From NCBI GenBank assembly GCA_009781075.1, contig WQYU01000001.1, positions 5,373 to 69,372 on the forward strand: 64,000 bases of DNA. Reading direction: 5' to 3'. The notes below the pieces were generated by a model. That model saw only the letters and a program-made list of their open reading frames with translations. It searched no databases and was not told where the DNA came from. Source of the stretch: Paludibacter sp. (GTDB lineage Bacteria; Bacteroidota; Bacteroidia; Bacteroidales; Paludibacteraceae). The position numbers and the translations under genes were made by a program. How positions within the stretch are numbered: the stretch's first letter is position 1; every line of letters starts with the position of its first letter. Shown here piece after piece: positions 26,197-34,792 of this stretch.

Positions 26197-28379
26197 AAAA
26201 GTATTTATTTTTATTGCTTTGTATTATACAAAATTATTTTGCTTTCGGTCAGAACATAAAAGTGTTGGATTCTGACAACAAACAGCCGATAGCATTTGCT
26301 TCTGTATATTTTCCCGATTCAAAAACAGGCACGATAACTGACGAAAACGGAATTTTCAGTACCGAAAATATGTCGAAGACCGTTCTGACTCAAATTTCAT
26401 CGGTGGGATATAAAACTCTGTTGCAATATTTTGATTTTAAGAAAGATACGATAATTTTTCTCTCTCAGGCATTGGATGATTTGCAGGAAATTATTGTTTC
26501 TGCAATGAATTCAAAATTGCGCGGAGAAAATGTTTTGAGCGTTACACAACTTTCGCTTTCGAATAATTTTGACAATCAGCCACTTAACCTTGCTGAAAAA
26601 TTAACTAATATTTCGGGAGTAGATAACTATTCTACCGGAGCAGGTATCGGAAAACCTGTCATACGAGGACTCAGCGGGAATCGAGTTGCCGTATATTCAC
26701 AAGGCATCCGTATTGAAAATCAGCAATGGGGCGAAGAGCATGGTTTGGGGCTTGATGAAAATGGCTATGAAAACGTTGAAATAATAAAAGGACCTGCTTC
26801 ACTGCTCTACGGAAGCGATGCGCTGGGCGGCGTACTGTATTTTTCAAACGAGCGTTACGCTCAAGCAAATAATATTGAAGTAGCAGTAAATTCTGAATTT
26901 GACACAAATACAAGTGGCTGGCGAAATACCGGCTCATTTAAAATCTCAAAAAAACAGTTCCATATTAACTCATTCGGCGGATATACCAGTCACCGCGACT
27001 ATAGTGACGGAAATTGGAATATCGTTCCGAACAGCAGGTTTCATACAACCGATTTTAAGACGCAACTGGGTTACACCGGAAATAAATTTATCAATACGCT
27101 GGAATACAGTTATTTATACGAAAATTACGGTTTGACCGAAGATGCTCAAATGCCTGATGACTATAAAAATTCATATACTCCTTTAATGCCTCGTCAAGGG
27201 TTAATTACACATTTGTTGAGTTCGGAAAATACCATGTTTTTTGATAATGCATCAAAATTGACTGTCGATTTGGGGTTCATTAATAATAATCGTAAAGAAT
27301 TTGAAAACAATAATATAGCATCACTTAATATGAATTTGAATTCTTACCAGTACAATGCAAAATGGACTTCACCCACCTGGGGAAAATGGACATTACTTAC
27401 CGGAAGTCAAGGAATGTATCAAACCAATCGCAATATGGGAACGAAAATATTAATTCCTGACAACAATACCTTTGATGTTGGTGTTTTTGCAATGACAGAT
27501 TATTATTATTACAAAAAAGCATATTGGCAGGCAGGTATTCGTTTCGATAACCGTTATATCCAAACCACAGATAATCAATTAAATAAAATTTTCTTTGCCT
27601 TTAACTTTTCAACGGGGATTTTTCAACCGTTGACTGAAGATATTTCTCTACGGGCAAATATTTCGTCGGGGTTTCGTTCCCCCAATGTATTTGAATTATT
27701 AAGTGACGGCGTTCATGAAGGCACAAACAGATGGGAAAAAGGCAACCGTAACCTTAAATCAGAGAATGCCTATCAGTTGGACGTGGCACTAAACTATCAG
27801 ACGCAACACATGGAACTGTTTGTCAATCCGTTTTTCAATTATATTAATAAATATATTTATTTACAACCAACCGCCGACAAAATTGATAATTACCCTGTGT
27901 ATGATTATGTTCAAAGCGATGCAATGTTGTTTGGCGGCGAAGCAGGTTTCCATTTTCACCCCCACCCTGCCGACTGGCTGCACATTGAAGGGTCATACAG
28001 CGGAGTTTTCGGACAAGATGTCGATAAGGATTTCCTTTCGTTGATGCCATCTCAAAAATTAAAATTTACTCTACGCAGCAGTATCAATTTTAAGAAAGTA
28101 TTAAAAATATTTTCCATTTTTGCCCAAGAGCAATATTCGTTTGCGCAGAAACGTATTACCGAATATGAGACCTCAACACCGGATTATTCGTTAATAAATT
28201 GCGGAATGGATTTAGGATTTGCTTTGGGGAAACAAAAATTTTCAATTACGATATCAGCAAATAATTTGCTAAATGAAAAATATTTTGATGCTCTTTCGCG
28301 TTATAAAATATTAGGAATTAATAATATAGGACGAAATATCATCGTTAAACTCTCCATTCCATTATTGTGGAAAATATAA
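26193..28379 (+). CDS. TonB-dependent receptor with an N-terminal carboxypeptidase-regulatory-like domain
   Basis: Signal peptide, plug motifs (GKPVIRGLSGNRV, EIIKGPASLLYGSDALGG) and a C-terminal beta-barrel. It overlaps the symporter gene by ATGA. Confidence 0.88.
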   Translation: MKKYLFLLLCIIQNYFAFGQNIKVLDSDNKQPIAFASVYFPDSKTGTITDENGIFSTENMSKTVLTQISSVGYKTLLQYFDFKKDTIIFLSQALDDLQEIIVSAMNSKLRGENVLSVTQLSLSNNFDNQPLNLAEKLTNISGVDNYSTGAGIGKPVIRGLSGNRVAVYSQGIRIENQQWGEEHGLGLDENGYENVEIIKGPASLLYGSDALGGVLYFSNERYAQANNIEVAVNSEFDTNTSGWRNTGSFKISKKQFHINSFGGYTSHRDYSDGNWNIVPNSRFHTTDFKTQLGYTGNKFINTLEYSYLYENYGLTEDAQMPDDYKNSYTPLMPRQGLITHLLSSENTMFFDNASKLTVDLGFINNNRKEFENNNIASLNMNLNSYQYNAKWTSPTWGKWTLLTGSQGMYQTNRNMGTKILIPDNNTFDVGVFAMTDYYYYKKAYWQAGIRFDNRYIQTTDNQLNKIFFAFNFSTGIFQPLTEDISLRANISSGFRSPNVFELLSDGVHEGTNRWEKGNRNLKSENAYQLDVALNYQTQHMELFVNPFFNYINKYIYLQPTADKIDNYPVYDYVQSDAMLFGGEAGFHFHPHPADWLHIEGSYSGVFGQDVDKDFLSLMPSQKLKFTLRSSINFKKVLKIFSIFAQEQYSFAQKRITEYETSTPDYSLINCGMDLGFALGKQKFSITISANNLLNEKYFDALSRYKILGINNIGRNIIVKLSIPLLWKI

Positions 28380-28440
28380 GAGTAAACAAAACTATAGCGA
28401 TTCGGATTTTTGTTAATTCTGAAGAAAAAATCAATCTCCC

Positions 28441-28800
28441 CTACTCTATTGCATCATTTTTGGCAATGTAAATTTCTGCTGCAGAATTTATGGGATTTTG
28501 GTTATAAAAAAACACATCCATTATCGGCGTTTCCGCCAGCGACGTTGATTCCCATTCTGCCATTGTATTTTTCATTCCCTGTTCGAGCATTTGCAGTGCA
28601 TCTTTTAGTGTCGTTGCCTGAACCAACATAATCTGGGAAACAGTTTTTTCTGTCTGACTTTCTTCGTTAAACACAATTAAATTAACTTTGGCTCGGTACC
28701 AGCGGTCACCTTTGGGATTTCGTATCATTTCAAAAATCCTTATTTTGCGAATATTTGCCACTTCAAAGTCTCCGCTGATAAAAGGCATTAGCATTTTCAA
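28441..28800 (-). CDS. DUF4494-like protein (N-terminus uncertain)
   Basis: PFISGDFEV...GDRWYRAKV...IMLVQATTLKDALQMLEQGMKNTMAEW...AETPIMDVF resembles DUF4494 as I recall it. The ORF starts at TTG, and the frame stays open for about 26 more codons upstream to a GTG. Confidence 0.6.
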   Translation of the reverse strand: MKMLMPFISGDFEVANIRKIRIFEMIRNPKGDRWYRAKVNLIVFNEESQTEKTVSQIMLVQATTLKDALQMLEQGMKNTMAEWESTSLAETPIMDVFFYNQNPINSAAEIYIAKNDAIE

Positions 28801-28910
28801 TGATAAATGATTTGGGCTTCCGTTATAAAAAGTATAAAAAACGTTAAAAATTTTGCAATTACGACAAACACTTATTAATTTTGCAAATATTATTTTAATA
28901 TTTTTTTAGT

Positions 28911-29597
28911 ATGAAAACAAAACGAATATATAATTTTATTATTATTGGCATAGCATTCGCGTTTACAGGTTGCCTGCCGAATGATTACCCTGAACCTTCG
29001 TATATTTCTTCCATTGGAACAGTTGTTAATACTGATGAAAGCAATCTTTTTACGCTTATGGGCGATGATGGCATTCAATACATTGTAAAAGGAACCGACT
29101 ATCCTGATTTTAAGCCAGAAACCGATACTCGCTTGATTGTGGTTTTCAATTTATTAAATCAAAATGAAGAGGCACATACGGTGGATATTCATTTAACAGG
29201 AGCGACAGTCCTGAAAACAAAAACTTTGTTGCCACTCACTCTGGCAGTTGCCGATACTGTTGGCAACGACCGTATTGCCAATTCGCAAATGTATATCGCA
29301 GATCGTTTTTTAACTATGGATATTAATTTCTATGCAACAGGTAATATCTTGCATTCTTTTAATATGGTTCACGATTCGATACTTGCCCTAAATTCAGATA
29401 CAATTAAATTGCAATTCCGTCATAATGCGCACCAGGATGGGCAATCGCAATTGTACGAGTTAAAGATGTGCTTTGATATTAGCGAATTAAAGGATTATTC
29501 CGCAAATACTGATTCAATCCCTTTGGTGATTACGGTATTAGAAACTGACAACGGGATGACTGTTGAAAAGAAGTATAATTTAATGTATAAATTTTGA
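28911..29597 (+). CDS. NigD-like lipoprotein
   Basis: Lipobox FTGC. Size (228 aa) and the N-terminal pattern resemble Bacteroidales NigD-like proteins. Confidence 0.55.
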   Translation: MKTKRIYNFIIIGIAFAFTGCLPNDYPEPSYISSIGTVVNTDESNLFTLMGDDGIQYIVKGTDYPDFKPETDTRLIVVFNLLNQNEEAHTVDIHLTGATVLKTKTLLPLTLAVADTVGNDRIANSQMYIADRFLTMDINFYATGNILHSFNMVHDSILALNSDTIKLQFRHNAHQDGQSQLYELKMCFDISELKDYSANTDSIPLVITVLETDNGMTVEKKYNLMYKF

Positions 29598-30074
29598 ATG
29601 AACGACCAACAACAGGAATCATTTATGCGTATGGCAATTGCATTGTCGGTTGAAAATGTTGAAAATGGAGGCGGCCCTTTCGGTGCTGTTATTGTGAAAG
29701 ACGGAGAAGTACTTGCTCGGGGAAAGAACCGCGTTACAGCAAACAACGACCCTACCGCCCATGCTGAAATTATTGCAATTCGTAATGCTGCGGCAAAATT
29801 GGGGACTTTCGATTTGAGCGGCTGTGAAATTTATACCTCCTGTGAGCCATGTCCGATGTGTTTGGGTGCAATTTATTGGGCGCATTTCGATAAAATTTTT
29901 TATGGAAATACAAAAACAGATGCCGCAAAAATTGGCTTTGACGATTCATTTATTTATACAGAACTGGAAAAGTCAGTCAACAAACGTACGATAAAGACCG
30001 CCCAACTGCTCGCACAAGAGGCAATTGAAGGGTTTAAAGCATGGGAGGAGAAGGTAGACAAAATTAGTTATTAA
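29598..30074 (+). CDS. Nucleoside/guanine deaminase (CMP/dCMP-type zinc deaminase)
   Basis: HAE and PCPMC zinc-binding motifs, 158 aa. Confidence 0.85.
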   Translation: MNDQQQESFMRMAIALSVENVENGGGPFGAVIVKDGEVLARGKNRVTANNDPTAHAEIIAIRNAAAKLGTFDLSGCEIYTSCEPCPMCLGAIYWAHFDKIFYGNTKTDAAKIGFDDSFIYTELEKSVNKRTIKTAQLLAQEAIEGFKAWEEKVDKISY

Positions 30075-30114
30075 TGATTAATAACATTTTAATTGATTAA
30101 ACAATTTTTTTGAA

Positions 30115-30858
30115 ATGCAAGAGTTTGCAAAAATCAATCAAGAAATTTGCGTTGTTGTGCCAACTTACAACAACGCACGTTTTTTGCAGGAAACTATTGA
30201 AAATATTTTGCAATACAATGAAAATGTGATTGTCGTTGATGATGGTTCTACAGATGAAACTAATAAAATTATTGAAAATTTTTTGGGAAAAATAATTTGG
30301 ATTTCAAATAAAAAAAACAAAGGGAAGGGCTATGCACTGCACAAGGGATTTGATATTGCCGAAAAACTTGGCTATAAATATGTTATTACCATGGATTCAG
30401 ACGGGCAACACGATGTCGCTGATTTGCCACTTTTTTATAAAAAAAATGCACAAATGCCTGATTGTATGATAATAGGCAGTAGAATTTTACGACAGAAAAA
30501 TATGCCTGTAGGCAACACTTTTGCTAATAAATTCTCAAATTTCTGGTTTGCTGTGCAAACAGGCAAACGCCTAGCAGACACACAAACCGGTTTCCGACTT
30601 TATCCTTTAAAAAAAATGCATGGCATGCGCCCGCTTCTTAATCGCTACGAAGCTGAATTGGAATTGCTTGTGAGGTCAGCGTGGCGTAATATTAAAATTA
30701 TGCCAATAAAAATTAATGTAAAATATCCCACCGAACGCATAACACACTTCCGCCCATTCGCCGATTTCTTGAGAATCAGTATTTTAAATACTTTCCTTTG
30801 TATCGCTGCAGTGATTTATGGCTATCCCAAAAGGTTGTTCTTATGGATAAAACGATAG
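30115..30858 (+). CDS. Glycosyltransferase family 2
   Basis: VVPTYNNARFL, VVDDGSTDET and MDSDGQH motifs. Confidence 0.82.
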   Translation: MQEFAKINQEICVVVPTYNNARFLQETIENILQYNENVIVVDDGSTDETNKIIENFLGKIIWISNKKNKGKGYALHKGFDIAEKLGYKYVITMDSDGQHDVADLPLFYKKNAQMPDCMIIGSRILRQKNMPVGNTFANKFSNFWFAVQTGKRLADTQTGFRLYPLKKMHGMRPLLNRYEAELELLVRSAWRNIKIMPIKINVKYPTERITHFRPFADFLRISILNTFLCIAAVIYGYPKRLFLWIKR

Positions 30859-30944
30859 AATCTTGCTAAGACACTTAAAGAAGCCATCCATTTCGGTGAC
30901 TTCCTTGATTGTCGTTTCTTTGGTATAATGGAATTTGGTTTTTT

Positions 30945-31037
30945 CTATACTAAGCTTGTTACTTCGGAATAACTTTTCCCGTCGAAAATTACACAAAAGA
31001 TTTTATCTTTGTGCACGTCTAAACCTGATGTTTTCAT
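30945..31037 (-). pseudogene. IS110-family transposase N-terminal stub
   Basis: MKTSGLDVHKDKIFCVIFDGKSYSEV matches the start of the DEDD_Tnp_IS110 N-terminus. A stop follows after 30 codons and there is no continuation. Confidence 0.45.
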
Positions 31038-31307
31038 ACAATAAAATTTAATTGTTATTAAATAAATAGAAAAAAAAAGAAATGTACTAAAAATATTGGG
31101 TTTAGATTCTTTTTTAATATGAAAAATTGATGTTTGGCGCAGAGGTCTGTATTTTTATGAGTTTGTGTGTAATACAAAAATTTAATGCTACCTTTGCAAA
31201 TTATTTTTTAAATTATTTATAAACAATGTTCAATTCAAATTCAGTGTTATATTATTATTAGAGTTGTTGCTAAGTATCAATTCAAAATATTAATATAAAA
31301 ATTATTA

Positions 31308-32648
31308 ATGATGAGCATTAAATTGAAACTCTCATATACTCAAATAATAACATTGGTTTTTTTGGTGCTGATTATTTTCGGTGGTTTATTACTTTGCTTG
31401 CCTGTTTCTGCAAAAAACGGAGAATGGACCCCATTTATAAACGCCATTTTCACATCAACAGCTTCTTTGTGTGTAACTGGGCTTGTAGTATATGACACTT
31501 GGACACATTGGTCGCTCTTTGGGCAAGTCCTGATTTTACTTTTGATACAGACCGGCGGCATCGGCATTATGACCATTCTCACAATATTTTCGGTTTTTCT
31601 AAAACGCAAAATCGGGTTGCACGAGCGGCAACTTTTGGCACAATCCACAGGATTAATGTCACTCAGTGGGATAATACGGTTAATTATTCGTATTGTAACT
31701 ATTATATTTACTATTGAACTTATTGGAGCAATAATACTTTCGTTGAGATTTTGTCCACAAATGGGTTTTGTAAAAGGTCTGTGGAATGGAGTTTTTCATT
31801 CTGTATCAGCATTTTGCAATGCAGGAATAGATTTAATGGGAAAATACGGCAAATTTTCCTCGTTGACAACTTATGCCGGCGATACAACAGTATGTTTGAC
31901 AATAGCGTTGTTAATAGTTTTGGGTGGTATAGGTTTTGTGGTTTTGGACGATATTATTATACATAAATTCAAATTCAAAAATTATACATTAAATTCCAAA
32001 ATTGCGTTGTCTGTTTCGGGTATTTTGATTCTTGTGGGCTGGTTGTTGTTCTATGTTTTTGAAACAAATGGAGTGCTGAAAAATCTGCCCACAAGCGAAA
32101 AAATTATTGCAGCGCTGTTTCAATCGATAACTCCACGCACGGCTGGCTTCGATACCGTTCATTTTACGAATTTGGCAGAGGCGAGCGTTCTTTTATCATT
32201 AGTATTAATGTTTATCGGCGGCAGTTCGGGTTCCACTGCCGGTGGAATAAAAACTTCCACTTTGGCTATACTTTTTCTCAGTACTTTAAATTCATTTAGA
32301 AAAACACGAAGTATGATCGCTTTTAGGAGGAAATTAGATGATAAAACGGCAAAAAGGGCAGCGGCGATAGTCTCAATCTATATGATAGCAATTATTTCAG
32401 CAACGCTGATTTTGTGTGCAACAGAGCCATTCTCTATGAAAGAAGCTTTGTTTGAAAGCGTATCTGCAATCAGCACTGTGGGGCTGACACTCGGCATAAC
32501 CACATCTTTGAGCATTGTGGGCAAAATTGTGATTATGATATTAATTTTTGCCGGCAGAGTTGGTTGGATTACGTTACTGCTGGCACTTGCAAAAAAACGC
32601 ATCGATCCGCCGATTGACAGGCCAATGGAGAAAATATTAATAGGGTAG
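31308..32648 (+). CDS. TrkH/KtrB-family potassium uptake membrane subunit
   Basis: Repeated selectivity-filter-like motifs (TGGIG, CNAGID, RTAGF, GLTLG), 446 aa. Confidence 0.88.
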   Translation: MMSIKLKLSYTQIITLVFLVLIIFGGLLLCLPVSAKNGEWTPFINAIFTSTASLCVTGLVVYDTWTHWSLFGQVLILLLIQTGGIGIMTILTIFSVFLKRKIGLHERQLLAQSTGLMSLSGIIRLIIRIVTIIFTIELIGAIILSLRFCPQMGFVKGLWNGVFHSVSAFCNAGIDLMGKYGKFSSLTTYAGDTTVCLTIALLIVLGGIGFVVLDDIIIHKFKFKNYTLNSKIALSVSGILILVGWLLFYVFETNGVLKNLPTSEKIIAALFQSITPRTAGFDTVHFTNLAEASVLLSLVLMFIGGSSGSTAGGIKTSTLAILFLSTLNSFRKTRSMIAFRRKLDDKTAKRAAAIVSIYMIAIISATLILCATEPFSMKEALFESVSAISTVGLTLGITTSLSIVGKIVIMILIFAGRVGWITLLLALAKKRIDPPIDRPMEKILIG

Positions 32649-32764
32649 ACTATAGTTAGAGATTTAAGATTTAATAAGTTTAATGGTTCAAAAATTCAGC
32701 AAAATAATTTAAATTTTACGCTTGAAAAGCCTAATGAAATTTAACATTTACAATTAATTTTTAT

Positions 32765-33436
32765 ATGAAAATAATAAGACAAAAGACAAAATCAATTCTG
32801 GTAATTGGTATGGGGCGGCTGGGCAAACATTTGGCAATGAAAATGCAAGAATTTGGCAATTCCGTGATGGTGGTAGACATGAAATCTAAATTGGAGCAAG
32901 ATATCTCTTATCTGTTCAACGATTATATGATTGGCGACTGCACCAACGAAAACGTACTCAAGGCATTAGGCGTCAGTAATTTTGACATCTGTTTTGTTAC
33001 GATAGGGGAAAATTTTGAGGCATCGATTGTAATTACTTCGCTATTAAAAAATTTGGGGGCAAAATATATTGTTACCAAAGCCAGCAGAGATATACAGAGA
33101 GAGGTGCTAAAAAAAATTGGGGCAAACGAGGTGGTTTATCCCGAACGAGAACTCGCCGAAAAAATGGCTGTACGTTATAATGCAACTAATATTTTGGATT
33201 TTTTTGAGTTGTCGGGAGATTTTTCAATATTTGAAATTACGGTTCCAACACACTGGGTGGGTAAAAATATTGGAATCCTTAATGTACGACAGAAATATCA
33301 TGTCAATATTCTTGTTGTAAAAAACAAAATGGAATTGCAGCCAATGCCAAGTGCCGATTATACTTTCGGACAAGAAGATTCTATAGTACTGATGGGTAAA
33401 GAAAATGATGTTTTCCGTTTGACATCACAGAGCTAA
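32765..33436 (+). CDS. TrkA/KtrA-family potassium uptake regulatory subunit
   Basis: GMGRLG Rossmann (RCK_N) motif and an RCK_C region, 223 aa, adjacent to the TrkH-family gene. Confidence 0.88.
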   Translation: MKIIRQKTKSILVIGMGRLGKHLAMKMQEFGNSVMVVDMKSKLEQDISYLFNDYMIGDCTNENVLKALGVSNFDICFVTIGENFEASIVITSLLKNLGAKYIVTKASRDIQREVLKKIGANEVVYPERELAEKMAVRYNATNILDFFELSGDFSIFEITVPTHWVGKNIGILNVRQKYHVNILVVKNKMELQPMPSADYTFGQEDSIVLMGKENDVFRLTSQS

Positions 33437-33576
33437 ATAATTAATTCAACCGATTTCCTAAAGTTTTTTTAGTGTTGTGGCGAAAATATTAATTTTGTCT
33501 ATATTTGCGTTTTATTTTTTGTTCAGGAAAAAATATTCTATGAACTAACAAGTGAGACTTTAAGTAAAAAGCAGAT

Positions 33577-34788
33577 ATGATGAACCTGCATTATTTCAAC
33601 CCTGGACACGAGGCAGCGGTATTTAATGGGTCTCCATTTTATTTTGCGCCTAAAAATGTTCAACTTTTACAAAGCGAACTTGCTTTTTTGCCGGCATGGT
33701 ATGCACAAGATGATGATTTTGTGCTTGTTAACAGCAATTTTAATTTTTCTTTTTTTGAAAATATAGAAACTAATCTCTCCACTTTGCCGCAACCGTTTTC
33801 ATTTGATAAAAATTATATTCTTGATTTTAAAAATAAAAAGATTCCATCTGGAGAATTAAATGCTACTAGCTGGGGCATCTCGCCTGCGTCAATTCATTTC
33901 TTTGAAAAAATACGGGAAGTTAATGCTATAAATTTGCATATTGAGCAATGGAAAAACGAATTTTGGGAACTTTGTTCCCGCAGAGCAGCCCAAGAATGTT
34001 TGATTTATTTAAAACAGAAAATTCCGCAGATTGTTGTTGCTGTTCCGCAATTTGAAAATTCGATGCAAGCTATTGAAAATGTGATAAATAACGCAAGCGA
34101 AATGATGATTGCTAAAAACCCGTTTTCTTCTTCGGGGCGAGGAATTTTACGAATTGATACTAAAAATTTTTCCTGCTCTACGCAACAAATAATTCGGGGC
34201 TGGATACGCCGTCAAGGTTGTATTTCGATAGAAAAAATGTATGATAATATTTTGGATTTTGCAATGGAATTTCGCTGTGTATCAGGTGAGAATGCAGAAT
34301 TTATTGGTTATTCCCTTTTTGAAACCAATAATAAATGCATCTACACAGGCAATATTTTAGATTCTCAAAAAAATATTAAAACCCAAATCGGTAAATTTAT
34401 TGATATCGAATTAATTGAAAAAGTAAAAAGTGAAATTGGTGTTTTTTTAAATGAAAAATATAAGAATTATTCGGGATTTCTTGGAGTTGATATGTTGATT
34501 TATATTTCTGAAAATCAATATTTTATTTATCCTTGCGTTGAAATTAATATGCGTGCAAATATGGGAATTGTGGCAATAAATTTTGTAGAAAAATATCTTT
34601 GTACAAACAAATCAGGTCGTTTCACTGTTTCTTTCAGTAACAATGAAGGTGAAATTTATGGAAGTCATTGTCGAATGACCAAACAAATTCCTGCACACTT
34701 TGCAGATGGTAAACTTTGCGAAGGATATTTGCCTCTTTGTCCTGTTAAAGAGAATAGCAAATTTTGGGCGTATATTGTTGTAAATTAA
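33577..34788 (+). CDS. Hypothetical protein, possibly ATP-grasp fold
   Basis: 403-aa ORF. KNPFSSSGRGI and VEINMRANMG resemble ATP-grasp phosphate-binding and E-x-N Mg-binding motifs. The function call is weak. Confidence 0.6.
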   Translation: MMNLHYFNPGHEAAVFNGSPFYFAPKNVQLLQSELAFLPAWYAQDDDFVLVNSNFNFSFFENIETNLSTLPQPFSFDKNYILDFKNKKIPSGELNATSWGISPASIHFFEKIREVNAINLHIEQWKNEFWELCSRRAAQECLIYLKQKIPQIVVAVPQFENSMQAIENVINNASEMMIAKNPFSSSGRGILRIDTKNFSCSTQQIIRGWIRRQGCISIEKMYDNILDFAMEFRCVSGENAEFIGYSLFETNNKCIYTGNILDSQKNIKTQIGKFIDIELIEKVKSEIGVFLNEKYKNYSGFLGVDMLIYISENQYFIYPCVEINMRANMGIVAINFVEKYLCTNKSGRFTVSFSNNEGEIYGSHCRMTKQIPAHFADGKLCEGYLPLCPVKENSKFWAYIVVN

Positions 34789-34792
34789 TATT

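Noticed and set aside
28801-28910. Possible N-terminal truncation of the DUF4494-like gene by the divergent NigD promoter region
   Set aside because: This rests on my recollection that family members are about 40 aa longer. The frame does extend to a GTG, but the extra residues look hydrophobic and unlike the family. That is not enough to call a pseudogene.
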